Translations under genes and position numbers: made by a program
IMG/VR virus record: IMGVR_UViG_3300028591_003737
Span: 105,615 to 169,614 of that record
DNA from: a virus
Taxonomy: Duplodnaviria; Caudoviricetes
Length of the DNA stretch: 64,000 nucleotides
Reading direction: 5' to 3' (one strand)
Part shown: positions 30,952 to 40,810 of the stretch, piece by piece
How the letters are laid out: each line of letters opens with the position of its first letter
Position numbering within the stretch: the stretch's first letter is position 1
Notes under the pieces: model-generated
Database searches by the model: none
The model's input: the letters and a program-made list of their open reading frames with translations, nothing else
Told to the model about the DNA's origin: nothing

Positions 30952-30953
30952 AA

Positions 30954-31694
30954 TTAAATATATTCTCTTTTTTGATAAGTTTTTATAATAATAGCATAAT
31001 CTTTATAATCTATTTCAATTCCAGTTTTCCATGGACATAGATTATCAGCATCACATTCATCTATACCAGATTTAACCAATAAATCAAATAAAGGACTATT
31101 TGGATGATAATCACAATATAATTGTGCTTTATATTCTGTACCATCAGAAAATTTATATTTACATCCATTCAAGAAATATTCTTTAATATTTTCTCTTAAT
31201 GTTTTATATGTATTTTCATCATATTTTTCAGATGATAAAGTCTTTAAATATGAACCAAGCATACACATATTAAAACTATGTTCTTCATCTAATGCTCCAT
31301 TATCTTGAAGATGAAAACCAAGAATTCTTTTAGTCCATTCATCAGCAGCAAGATTACATGCTTCTAAGAAATTTCTTCTCCAACCATTACGATAAATAAA
31401 TTCATCTTCAATACTATGTACCCAATTTGAATATTCATAATGTTCTATAAAATTACCATTTTCGGTTCTTTCAATTGTACCATAGAAATAATCAGAATAT
31501 TCTTTATAATAATCACTTTTCCAATCATCTCCTTTTGGTTCAGGAAAATATTTATTACATTCTTCAATGATATAATTATAAATATCTTGATAATATTTTA
31601 TATCATTAAAAAGTTTATTTATACATTCAGCAATATTTTCTTTTTTAATTCTTGAACACTCTGGAAAAGAATTTATAATTTCTTCATTAGTCAT
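30954..31694 (-). CDS. Hypothetical protein
   Basis: 246-aa ORF. Confidence 0.75.
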   Translation of the reverse strand: MTNEEIINSFPECSRIKKENIAECINKLFNDIKYYQDIYNYIIEECNKYFPEPKGDDWKSDYYKEYSDYFYGTIERTENGNFIEHYEYSNWVHSIEDEFIYRNGWRRNFLEACNLAADEWTKRILGFHLQDNGALDEEHSFNMCMLGSYLKTLSSEKYDENTYKTLRENIKEYFLNGCKYKFSDGTEYKAQLYCDYHPNSPLFDLLVKSGIDECDADNLCPWKTGIEIDYKDYAIIIKTYQKREYI

Positions 31695-31819
31695 AATTTA
31701 TACTATTTTTAAAAAATCTATATAATAAATATAGAAAATCAAATGTATTTTCTACTGAAATAAAAAATGTTTATTATATTATTAGATATTTAGAAAAAAT
31801 ATAAAATTTAAATTAAATA

Positions 31820-32200
31820 ATGAATTATCTTAGTATTAATGATCTTGTATCAAAAGAAATCTTACCTCAAATAAATGATACTGTTGCAGATTATCTTGAA
31901 GATAAGTTTTCTTATATTGAAAATCAAGAAGATTTAGAAGATTTAGAAGAATATGAAATTGAAGAAGATTTAATTGAAATAGTAACAAGTGCAATTATTG
32001 ATATGATTGCAGAAGTTAAAGATGATTATTCTGAAGAATTATCAAAGGTAGATGAACCAATGGATAGTACAGAATTATATAATATGATAGAATCTTCTTT
32101 CAATGATTATAAAGAAATCATGATTCAGAGATTCAATGATGAATTTGAAAGAGAAGAATATTTAGATGAATATTATTCAGAAGGTGATTTTGATTTTTAA
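31820..32200 (+). CDS. Highly acidic small protein
   Basis: About 41 D/E versus 7 K/R in 126 aa (manual count). Confidence 0.75.
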   Translation: MNYLSINDLVSKEILPQINDTVADYLEDKFSYIENQEDLEDLEEYEIEEDLIEIVTSAIIDMIAEVKDDYSEELSKVDEPMDSTELYNMIESSFNDYKEIMIQRFNDEFEREEYLDEYYSEGDFDF

Positions 32201-32232
32201 AAAAAAGAGGTTCATTAAGAACCTCTTTTTTT
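32200..32232. terminator. Bidirectional terminator
   Basis: aaaaaagaggttc-attaa-gaacctctttttt. Confidence 0.8.
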
Positions 32233-32691
32233 ATTCTTTCGATATTCCATAAGCCATCTACGCCAAGCTTTACCACCATCAATATTTACATTAGGTCTTT
32301 TAGCAAGTTCTTCTTTAATTTCTTCCATTTGACCTTCCCAATATAATCCATCAAAATGGATTTTCATAAAGTTACCATAATTAACAGTTCTCCACCTATG
32401 TTCTTTAGGAACATACTCATAATGTCTACCACCTTGTTTAGATTTAATAATTGTATGTTCTTTAATTACCTGTTCACGGGTTTTATCTGACAGCTTCATA
32501 TACAGACACATTTTAGGAAGATTTATTTTTTCATCCTTATATGGTCCATATACATTTTCCCATACTTCATATGTATTCTTAATAATATTATACTTAATAT
32601 AATAATCATACATATAACCAGGTTTACAATATCGATTTTTACGATATTCATGAAGCAAAGCCTCTGTAGGAAATTCAGATAATTTATTCAT
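32215..32691 (-). CDS. Hypothetical basic protein
   Basis: 158-aa ORF. Confidence 0.7.
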   Translation of the reverse strand: MNKLSEFPTEALLHEYRKNRYCKPGYMYDYYIKYNIIKNTYEVWENVYGPYKDEKINLPKMCLYMKLSDKTREQVIKEHTIIKSKQGGRHYEYVPKEHRWRTVNYGNFMKIHFDGLYWEGQMEEIKEELAKRPNVNIDGGKAWRRWLMEYRKNKKRGS

Positions 32692-32699
32692 ATTAATTT

Positions 32700-33107
32700 T
32701 TATTTAGATAAAGTATAATATGTTTTCATTTTATATCGTCCACAATCCCAAGTGTCATTAATCTGACCATTCTTTACACAAGCAACATGACTGCGGATAT
32801 TTACAATATAAATACCATTCTTATGAGTTTCACAAAATCTGCGTACAGTTATATAATCTGGAAGTGATACTTTAGAAAAATTATTCTGAAGAGCAAACTT
32901 CTCAATCACTTTAGGATCATTTGGCATATCAAACATTTTTGCTGCCAAAATACAAATCTCATTGAATACTTTGCTCCAAGTAAAATTAAGAGCACAAGCG
33001 AATGCACGAATCACACAATCACCCTTTCTCCAAGTTTTAGGTTTTCCAGTCTTCTTATCAAACTTGACATCAGGATTGGGGTTGAAGTATTTAAAAGTCT
33101 CGCTCAT
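32700..33107 (-). CDS. Conserved phage protein, possible papain/C39-like fold
   Basis: Pattern NPNP..GDCVIRA..H.ACVKNG.I.DTWD; early promoter at 33133-33160. Confidence 0.55.
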   Translation of the reverse strand: MSETFKYFNPNPDVKFDKKTGKPKTWRKGDCVIRAFACALNFTWSKVFNEICILAAKMFDMPNDPKVIEKFALQNNFSKVSLPDYITVRRFCETHKNGIYIVNIRSHVACVKNGQINDTWDCGRYKMKTYYTLSK

Positions 33108-33221
33108 AATGTTTTAATGTTTTAACAATATTAATATAGCACTATTTTTTAAAAATTCAAAAAAAAAGAGGATGAATTTATCATCCTCTTTAATTTTAAC
33201 TATTTGAAAGTGATTTAGTTA

Positions 33222-33806
33222 TTATGCTAAATCTTCATCCCACCAGTCACTTCTGAATGAAACTGTAACTGTTCTAGCATCCATGTTTGTATAATTTAAA
33301 TCATCAATACCAGTAATACCTGTAAGCATTACTTTGTGGAATACATAACTTCTCCAAACAGTACCATCTCTATTAGCTTCAGCAATTCTAAGATTATCAG
33401 CTACATAGTCAGCCATAAGTGTTCTTGTACCATCACTAAGGTCATAACCAAGTTTTCCCCATGCTTTTAAAACTTTAAGTACATAAGCATCTGTAGCATT
33501 TCTGATATTAAGATTGAAAACAATCTGTAATTCAGCAAATGTGCTATCAAGAACTGGGTTAAGGAATGATACATCAACACCAAGGAATTTCTGTGAACCA
33601 GCAGCAACAGTCTTCTGAAGAGCGTCAAGGCCAGCAACTGAAACAACCTGTTCTGTTAAAATAGCTTCATCATCTTTAAATGTGCTTTGAAGTGCAGTTG
33701 GTAAAGTAAAATATACCTCAAAGATACTTGAATGCATAGGATCGTAAAAATTATTACCAGCCTGTGTATTCTTTATATGAGGTAAATGTGAAACTTGACT
33801 TGCCAT
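33222..33806 (-). CDS. Tail tube protein (gp19-like)
   Basis: 194 aa directly downstream of the sheath; ends LNY..TVTVSFRSDWW. Confidence 0.75.
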   Translation of the reverse strand: MASQVSHLPHIKNTQAGNNFYDPMHSSIFEVYFTLPTALQSTFKDDEAILTEQVVSVAGLDALQKTVAAGSQKFLGVDVSFLNPVLDSTFAELQIVFNLNIRNATDAYVLKVLKAWGKLGYDLSDGTRTLMADYVADNLRIAEANRDGTVWRSYVFHKVMLTGITGIDDLNYTNMDARTVTVSFRSDWWDEDLA

Positions 33807-33895
33807 TTTATATATAAAATCTTATGTTTTTGTTATCTAATTAAAAATATACAATATTTTAATTCTGGAGAGATTTTATTCTCTCCAGAAATAAA

Positions 33896-36895
33896 TTATT
33901 TAGTTTCAATAATATTACTTGACATCTGACCTGTCTTGTAAAGTGTAAGTTCGTGAATCATCTTACCACAACCCATACCTGGTTCGATATGTGTAGAAAG
34001 AATTGCCATTTCATTGTCAATAATTTCTGGAGTATTATTTGATTCATCCATTACATTAAGATAAGCCTGAATACCACCATTAGCAGCAACTCTTGCGCAG
34101 ATGAAATTAGCTTTATCAAGGATAGCATTTCTTGTTGTAGGATTATTGAATTCCCACTGATATGCCTGAAGTACCTTTTCAATTTCATCCTGTAAGTAAA
34201 TTACAAGTTCACGTACATTTACTTTAGAAAGAGCTGAAACAGGAGTCTGTTTTGCAGTCTGGTTAGCATTGATAAATGTACCAAAACCTGGACGGTAAAC
34301 AAGACAGTTAACACCAAATGGTTCAATAATCTGAAGTTCATCCATTGAGTAACTGTAATCAGGACCTACAAGATCTGCACATTCAATCTTAGCATTGTTA
34401 GGACCAGCTACGATGTAGTAAGGCTGTCTTGATGTGTACTTAGTCATGAATAAGTTAGAAACAACACCTGCTGAAGGAACGATTGTATCTACATAACCAT
34501 CACTGAGTTTCATTGGTGAATAGAATGCTGCAAATGATGCACCTTCTGCTTCTGTAGGAAGTGAGAATTTCTTACCAAATGCTTTCTTCTTATTATAACC
34601 AGCAGCTACATATGCTACATTGAATACACCCTTAGCATCTGTGAATGAAGTGTAAGGACATTTAAGGAATGTCTTTACTGAAGGGAAGTTAAGAATTGCA
34701 AATGCACTCTGCTTTTCTTTTGCAAGGTATGAAAGAACCTTCTTAGCTGAGCTATCAACATAAGTTTCAAATGTATCAATGATATATCTGTAGTCGATAT
34801 TAGCTTTATTAAGAAGAGCAGTCTTAAGACCCTTATATTCAGAAATAGCTGAAAGTAAGAAGTTCTGCCAATTAAGTTTGTCAATCATGCTTGTTGAAGC
34901 AGGTTTGCCATTCTTATATACATAACCTTCAAGATACTGAGGAACGAATGTACCAATTTCCTGATTAAGAGCAGCATCAATTCTTACAAGATATGAATTA
35001 CCATCATTATCTACTTTAAGAAGAGGTTCACCAGTTAATCTGATAATATATTTAACTTTATCAGTACCTTCTATCTTTTCTGAAAGAATTTCCTGAACAT
35101 ATACATTATCGAAGAAACCATCTTCTGCATCAGCTTCACCATCACCATCTTTATCAATAGAACCGTCTTCTGCAAGGAAGCAGTCACCTACTGAAAGACT
35201 TGTGAAAATACTCTTGTCCCAAGGACTATCAGCGTTTACAAATTCATAAACACCATTATTTTCACTACCAACCCATGCTTGATCATCAACAGGAATAAAT
35301 GTTACTGAAGAACCATAAACTGTATTAGCTTCATCATCATTCTTTACAGATTCTGGTGTAACTTCTACTAATGAAACCTTCATGTTATTATCTGTATCAC
35401 CATAAACACCATAAGGAGATGTTGCTGAAGTTGCTTCAAGACGAGTAATAGAAGTAATAACTGTAGCAGGACCTTCTGATGTAAATTCACCATTTTCATC
35501 AATGAATGCATTACCACTTGTAAATACTGAACCATAACCATCTGTTAAAATACCATTTTCACCAATAGCATTTAATTTACCAAGAATAGTATTGAATTCA
35601 GCAGCATTATCACCACATTCAATATCAATTGTCTTCTGAGAATCACCTACTTGTGTAAGAGTAATCTTATGATTTTCTTCATCAATATTAGATATATAAA
35701 GTGTACCTGTTACTTTCTTTTCATTCTTATTATCGAAATCAATAATAGCTTTAAGAGCACCATTTTCATCTCTCTTAACAACATTGTTTGTAAATTCAAC
35801 CTTTTCAGAAACAACAGGAGCATTTAAGTTACCAAGAAGTGAAGTAGTTGCAGTACCATTAAATAAATTATCAAGTAATTCTTCATTAATTGAAAGTCTA
35901 CCTGAAAGATCAATATTAGCAATACCATCTTCTTCAAGTAAATCAACATTGAAACTCATCATCATATTGTGAGTATCACTGTCATTATTGAAAAGTATAT
36001 CAAGTGCTGCATAACCACCTTGCTTGTTCTTGAAGTAAGGAATAAGAGCACCTACATAGTGACCGATAGCACCAGATGTTTCATCTGCATAAAGAGCATC
36101 AAGAGCATCGATTTCATCACCATAAGCATTAAGAACATGTTTCTTTAATTTAACATCTTCTGAGTTAATATCATCTACACCATCGAAATAGAATTTAAGT
36201 GTTGAAGAAGCAAGAACCTGTGATTTTGTGAATTTTCCTTTGAATACATAGATTTCTGCAAAGAAGTCAGAAATTAATGAATTCTTATATGGTTCAAGAT
36301 ATTCTGGAAGTTCTTCATCTGAATACCAATCACTTACTGTGATATTATATCCATTTACTTTAGAACCAGAAGCTTTACGGATAAAGTATGTACCTGATAA
36401 CTGCTTAGTGTTGATAGCACTAATGTTAATGTACTGATCCATGAAAGCACCAGAAGCTGATTTAAGACCATTAAGTTTTTCTGCAGAAAGTTCCCAGAAT
36501 CTTGTTGTGTCATAAATATCTTCAACATTTAACTTAACTGTGTTAATAATATCGTATTTAGGATTAAAGTCTGTATTGATAGTTGCAGCATCAACTGTTT
36601 CACCATCAAACTTCTTAAGGTTCAAGCAAAGGATAGGACCAGATGCAAGAGCCTGAATAGCGATACGATGGAAGAAAACTCCTCTCTTTTCGAGTTTCTT
36701 TGAAATATCACCATAAACAGCTTTAAAATCAGTAACAGATGTAATATAAGTAGGAATGTTGAAAGGACCCTTTTCTGAGTAACCAACAACAAGTCTAAGA
36801 ACACTACTTTCTACGCCAGCTACGGTTGATTTATCAAAAACAATACGGTATATACCAGCAGCTTTAAATTGTTGTAAATAAACTGGAATAGCCAT
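33896..36895 (-). CDS. Contractile tail sheath protein (gp18-like)
   Basis: N-terminal AGIY..VVGYSEKGPFNIP; C-terminal SALSKVNVRELVIYL..WEFNN..DESNNTPEIIDNE. Confidence 0.92.
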   Translation of the reverse strand: MAIPVYLQQFKAAGIYRIVFDKSTVAGVESSVLRLVVGYSEKGPFNIPTYITSVTDFKAVYGDISKKLEKRGVFFHRIAIQALASGPILCLNLKKFDGETVDAATINTDFNPKYDIINTVKLNVEDIYDTTRFWELSAEKLNGLKSASGAFMDQYINISAINTKQLSGTYFIRKASGSKVNGYNITVSDWYSDEELPEYLEPYKNSLISDFFAEIYVFKGKFTKSQVLASSTLKFYFDGVDDINSEDVKLKKHVLNAYGDEIDALDALYADETSGAIGHYVGALIPYFKNKQGGYAALDILFNNDSDTHNMMMSFNVDLLEEDGIANIDLSGRLSINEELLDNLFNGTATTSLLGNLNAPVVSEKVEFTNNVVKRDENGALKAIIDFDNKNEKKVTGTLYISNIDEENHKITLTQVGDSQKTIDIECGDNAAEFNTILGKLNAIGENGILTDGYGSVFTSGNAFIDENGEFTSEGPATVITSITRLEATSATSPYGVYGDTDNNMKVSLVEVTPESVKNDDEANTVYGSSVTFIPVDDQAWVGSENNGVYEFVNADSPWDKSIFTSLSVGDCFLAEDGSIDKDGDGEADAEDGFFDNVYVQEILSEKIEGTDKVKYIIRLTGEPLLKVDNDGNSYLVRIDAALNQEIGTFVPQYLEGYVYKNGKPASTSMIDKLNWQNFLLSAISEYKGLKTALLNKANIDYRYIIDTFETYVDSSAKKVLSYLAKEKQSAFAILNFPSVKTFLKCPYTSFTDAKGVFNVAYVAAGYNKKKAFGKKFSLPTEAEGASFAAFYSPMKLSDGYVDTIVPSAGVVSNLFMTKYTSRQPYYIVAGPNNAKIECADLVGPDYSYSMDELQIIEPFGVNCLVYRPGFGTFINANQTAKQTPVSALSKVNVRELVIYLQDEIEKVLQAYQWEFNNPTTRNAILDKANFICARVAANGGIQAYLNVMDESNNTPEIIDNEMAILSTHIEPGMGCGKMIHELTLYKTGQMSSNIIETK

Positions 36896-36961
36896 TTTTT
36901 TATATTTGTAATATATTTATTATTTTTTCAATTAATAGAATTAAACATAACTTCTATAATT

Positions 36962-36974
36962 TAATTAAAAATAA
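36962..36974 (-). promoter_or_regulatory. Late-type motif TTATTTTTAATTA
   Basis: Upstream of the sheath gene. Confidence 0.6.
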
Positions 36975-37002
36975 ACTTTTTTAATAGCAATATTTTTAAA
37001 AT

Positions 37003-37035
37003 AAAAAAATCCAGGAGAAATTCCCCTGGATTTTC
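37003..37035 (-). terminator. Terminator of the major capsid gene
   Basis: aaaatccagg / cctggatttt hairpin with an A-run on the + strand. Confidence 0.75.
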
Positions 37036-37099
37036 CATCTTACGATGTGAATTATATATAGAGTGCGAGGTTAAAGTCGCATTATATATATCTTTCAGA

Positions 37100-38827
37100 T
37101 TAGATAAGTCCAAATTCTGAACCAACTGTAAATGTGAAGTACTGTGTTTCTGGATAGAAACCAGCGTCAACAATAGCATATCTTGAGTTAACAAGCATCT
37201 TAGGAGCCATTGTACCTTCAGCTGTGATAGATACTGTATCAGCAAGAATATAAGGCATAAAGATTACACCAGGTTCATTACCGTTACCCTTTCTACCAAC
37301 GCAAACTCTTGTGTCATCCCAATCCATATAAGGATCAACATAAACCTTAAGACCTGCAATTGTACCACTCATGAATAAGTTCTGTGAACCATCCTGTGCG
37401 AAGTTGTTTACCATAGGAGCAACAACATAACCACTAACATCCTGAAGAGCTGTAGCAACCTGAGCATTTGTAACAACCCATGTTGGTCTACCTCTACGTC
37501 CAGTTACCTGGATAAGGTTAGCAGCAGCAAGAAGCTTAGAACCAATTCTTCTCTGACGAGTATGAAGATTTTCAGCACTTGTGTTAACTTCACTGTTCTT
37601 GATTGTTCCCCAATCTCCTTTGTGTTCTACACCATATACATCCTTGAAAGTCTTGATTGACTGAGCAGCCATTGTGCTATCTGATGTACCCATCCAAAGG
37701 TTAAGGTCAACACCCTGATAGATCTTCTGGTTAATAGCGTTAGTTACACCAAGAGCAAATACATGTTCAAGAATTCTAGCATTGATTGACTGAGTGATTT
37801 CATTCTGCATTGCTTCCATAACCTTAGCAACAGCGTCAACACCGTAAAGAGGAAGATCCTGAAGTTGCTGTCTTGTTACAGTACCAGTTACTTCATAAGA
37901 ACCCATCTGTACCCATTTGCTGAATAATCTAAGACCAAGTACATTACCTGTACCAGTTTCATTTTCAGCTCTTGTCATTGATCTCTTTTCACCAGTTGCG
38001 AAGTTAGCGAAACCATCAACGAAATCAACCATTGTCTGAGCGAAATCAACTGAAGTTACATTACCAGCAGCAACACCGCTAAGAACTGCAGGATTTACAC
38101 CATCGAAAAGATCTGCTACAGCAGCGTGACCATCAGCACCTTCGCAAGAAACAACCTTAACGATAAGACCGTGATCCATTCTACCAAGCTGTACAAATGT
38201 ACCCTTGAATGTTACACCATTACCTACAACAGTAACTGATTTGTCAGCATCATCAGCAAGTTTTCTAAGAGCTGCTGTATCACCATCAAAACCAAGGAAT
38301 TTTACATAAAGAGGTTTGTTTTCAGCACCTTCTCCTCTACCATCAAGGCCAGCTACTTCGTTCTTTCTACCCATCTTACCACCAGCATATGGGAAGTCCA
38401 TATAAGTTAACATTGCCCAAGGACCTTTAGCAGGAATAACTGGAACAAGTTCAAGACCGATTGTAAGAAGTGCTACGTTAAGGGCCATAGGAAGTGTTGA
38501 TACAGGAATATCACCGCTACCAACTGCCTGTTTAAAGAAGTCACCTGATGCACCCATTGGAACCTGACCATTAGCACCATAACCTGGAGCCATTGGATTA
38601 CCCATACCAAGAGTATTAAGAGGTGTAGCATAAAGTGGAGAAACACCCTGTGCAGGAGCTACCTGACCATTGATATTAGCGCCACCAACACCAAGCATTG
38701 ATTCATGAATTTCATGGATAGCTGCATATTGTGATACCCAGTTTAACTTTTCGTTATCTGTAACGTTGAAATTTTCTTTCAACATTTTAGTCCACATCTG
38801 TGTACCATTTTGTTCGTTAATAAACAT
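37100..38827 (-). CDS. Major capsid protein (T4 gp23-like)
   Basis: TRQQLQDL..GVDAVA..NEITQSIN..GRRGRPTWVVT..GTIAGLKVYVDPY..GVIFMPYI..PKMLVNSRYA; strong codon bias. Confidence 0.92.
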   Translation of the reverse strand: MFINEQNGTQMWTKMLKENFNVTDNEKLNWVSQYAAIHEIHESMLGVGGANINGQVAPAQGVSPLYATPLNTLGMGNPMAPGYGANGQVPMGASGDFFKQAVGSGDIPVSTLPMALNVALLTIGLELVPVIPAKGPWAMLTYMDFPYAGGKMGRKNEVAGLDGRGEGAENKPLYVKFLGFDGDTAALRKLADDADKSVTVVGNGVTFKGTFVQLGRMDHGLIVKVVSCEGADGHAAVADLFDGVNPAVLSGVAAGNVTSVDFAQTMVDFVDGFANFATGEKRSMTRAENETGTGNVLGLRLFSKWVQMGSYEVTGTVTRQQLQDLPLYGVDAVAKVMEAMQNEITQSINARILEHVFALGVTNAINQKIYQGVDLNLWMGTSDSTMAAQSIKTFKDVYGVEHKGDWGTIKNSEVNTSAENLHTRQRRIGSKLLAAANLIQVTGRRGRPTWVVTNAQVATALQDVSGYVVAPMVNNFAQDGSQNLFMSGTIAGLKVYVDPYMDWDDTRVCVGRKGNGNEPGVIFMPYILADTVSITAEGTMAPKMLVNSRYAIVDAGFYPETQYFTFTVGSEFGLI

Positions 38828-38908
38828 TGTAATTTATAAAAATTTATTTGTTATTTTTTGTAATTATATTCTTTTTATTTATCTTCCGATAAATGTTGTC
38901 TATTTACT

Positions 38909-38921
38909 TAATTAAAAATAA
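38909..38921 (-). promoter_or_regulatory. Late-type motif TTATTTTTAATTA
   Basis: Upstream of the MCP gene. Confidence 0.6.
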
Positions 38922-38943
38922 ATAATTTTAAATGAGATAGAAA

Positions 38944-40689
38944 TTAAGCTCTTCTGAGTCTCATCATCTGAGCATATACATTGTTATAATGACTTTCAAG
39001 AACGTCCTTTGGTTCTTCAACTGACTGAGGAGTTTTTGCTGAAGCAAAATCTACACTCTGCCAGAATGATTCAAGAACACCTTCTTTCTTAAAGTCATAA
39101 GCCTTTGACATTCTAACTATTTCGTCTTGTCTTTCTTCTGAAAGAGCATTCCAAGATGGCTGATATTCAGCAGGCATATTTTCAACTACGTATACACCAG
39201 CGAACTTATCTTGTGCTTTCTGTTCTTTTACAAGCTGTGAGATAGCTTCATCTTTGTTTTCAAGGCTTTCAATAAGAGCGTCAATATCTGAAAGCTTAGC
39301 AGATTTCTGACTTTCCATGAAAGCAGAAACATTTTCATTTACTTTTGCTTCGATATTAGCATTGTTTTCAGGAGTATATTCTTCATTAATCCAACCTTCG
39401 ATAACTGGAGCAAATTCTTCACAAACCCAATTCTGAACTTCTGGTGCAAATTCTTCACATACCCAATTCTGTACTTCTGGAGCAAATTCTTCACATACCC
39501 AGTTCTGTACTTCTGGAGCGAATTCTTCTGTAATCCAATTCTGTACTTCAGGAGCGAATTCTTCGCATACCCAATTCTGAATAGTTTCTGAGAAATTCTC
39601 AACTACCCAATTTTGAACATCTGAATTAATAGACTCTGAAAGTTCTGTCTTAAATTCAGGAGCAAATTCTTCTGTAACCCATTTTTCAATCTTTTCATAC
39701 TGAGGAGCTTCATAAGCATTTACCTTTTCATTTACACCATTAAGTGTTTCATTAACACTATTAATAGAAGTATTAACACCTTCAAGTGTTTCATTAAGTT
39801 TTGCAATTTCTGCATCCTTAGCTGTTAATGATTCTTGAGCAACATGAAGTTCAGCTTCTAAACTAGTTACCTTTTCAGTAAGTTTATCAATTGCTTCTTT
39901 TAAATCATTCATTGTAGTATCTTGACTATTTTTGTTATTATCATCTTTATCAGATGTATCTTCTTTATTTTCATCGTCATTTTCTTCATCTTCTTTCTTG
40001 TCATCACCTTCTTCAGATTTTTCATCTTTCTTAGGTTCGTTTTCAGAAGAAGAATCTCCTTCACCTTTATCCTTGTTGTCTTTATTATCTTCTTCACCAA
40101 GTAAATCATCGTCTTCGCTTTCATCTACGATAGCCCAGATTTCATTACCGTCTTCAGCAGATTCATTTAAACATTCAAGGGTTTGATTGGCTTTAAGGTT
40201 TAATTTAGCTTGAGCAAAACCAGGTGTACCAACTAAGTCATAAGTTTTAATAGTAGAAAGTGTTACATTACCATTTTCATCAATAGAACCAGCACCTCTA
40301 GAAGAAATATAAAGAGGAACACCACCAGCAACAATAGCTTTTGCATCTTTACCTTTAGCAGTATCAAGTAAAAGAATTGTACCAGTAATTGTACCATCTT
40401 CATTCATTTCAATAGACTCAATCTTATGTGAAACATTATTAAGATTAATATTCATAGTATTAGGATGTTCAAGTTCTCCAAGAAGACCTTCAGTTGAAAT
40501 AACTTTTTGAAGATTTTCAACCATTAATCCGTAATTTTCCTTTGAATATATACGTCTATTTTCATTCTTAATTCCGCAAACACCAAATACACCTGTCATA
40601 CGAACTTCATTAGTATTCTGAGACTCCTGGATCTGCAATCCTGTTGTAGGTCCTAAAGTTTCAAATACCATGCATTTTTTATTTGCCAT
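38944..40689 (-). CDS. Prohead protease (gp21-like) fused to a scaffold/core (gp22-like) region
   Basis: N-terminal GVFG..KNENRRIYS..LGELEHP..VSHKI..ISSRGAGS..TYDLVGTPG, followed by an acidic linker and coiled coil. Confidence 0.9.
   Translation of the reverse strand: MANKKCMVFETLGPTTGLQIQESQNTNEVRMTGVFGVCGIKNENRRIYSKENYGLMVENLQKVISTEGLLGELEHPNTMNINLNNVSHKIESIEMNEDGTITGTILLLDTAKGKDAKAIVAGGVPLYISSRGAGSIDENGNVTLSTIKTYDLVGTPGFAQAKLNLKANQTLECLNESAEDGNEIWAIVDESEDDDLLGEEDNKDNKDKGEGDSSSENEPKKDEKSEEGDDKKEDEENDDENKEDTSDKDDNNKNSQDTTMNDLKEAIDKLTEKVTSLEAELHVAQESLTAKDAEIAKLNETLEGVNTSINSVNETLNGVNEKVNAYEAPQYEKIEKWVTEEFAPEFKTELSESINSDVQNWVVENFSETIQNWVCEEFAPEVQNWITEEFAPEVQNWVCEEFAPEVQNWVCEEFAPEVQNWVCEEFAPVIEGWINEEYTPENNANIEAKVNENVSAFMESQKSAKLSDIDALIESLENKDEAISQLVKEQKAQDKFAGVYVVENMPAEYQPSWNALSEERQDEIVRMSKAYDFKKEGVLESFWQSVDFASAKTPQSVEEPKDVLESHYNNVYAQMMRLRRA
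39368..39690 (-). repeat. 33-bp tandem repeat encoding QNW(V/I)(C/T)EEFAPEV
   Basis: Five near-identical units plus three degenerate ones within the protease-scaffold gene. Confidence 0.9.
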
Positions 40690-40729
40690 ATTATATATTA
40701 TGTATTATATTTGATATTTCCTAATTACT

Positions 40730-40800
40730 TTATTAAAAATAAATAAAAAATAAACTAATTGAAAAATGATGACAGATCTCAAATAGTTTATTAAAAATAA
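40730..40800 (-). promoter_or_regulatory. Two late-type motifs TTATTTTTAATAA (40730-40742, 40788-40800)
   Basis: Upstream of the protease gene. Confidence 0.55.
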
Positions 40801-40810
40801 TATTAATTTG

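Noticed and set aside
37036-37099. tRNA or other ncRNA in intergenic gaps
   Set aside because: No cloverleaf or T-loop (GTTC) consensus was found in this or the other gaps.
39368-39690. 33-bp repeats as a CRISPR array
   Set aside because: The units are contiguous with no unique spacers, vary mainly at synonymous positions, and are in frame within the protease-scaffold gene.
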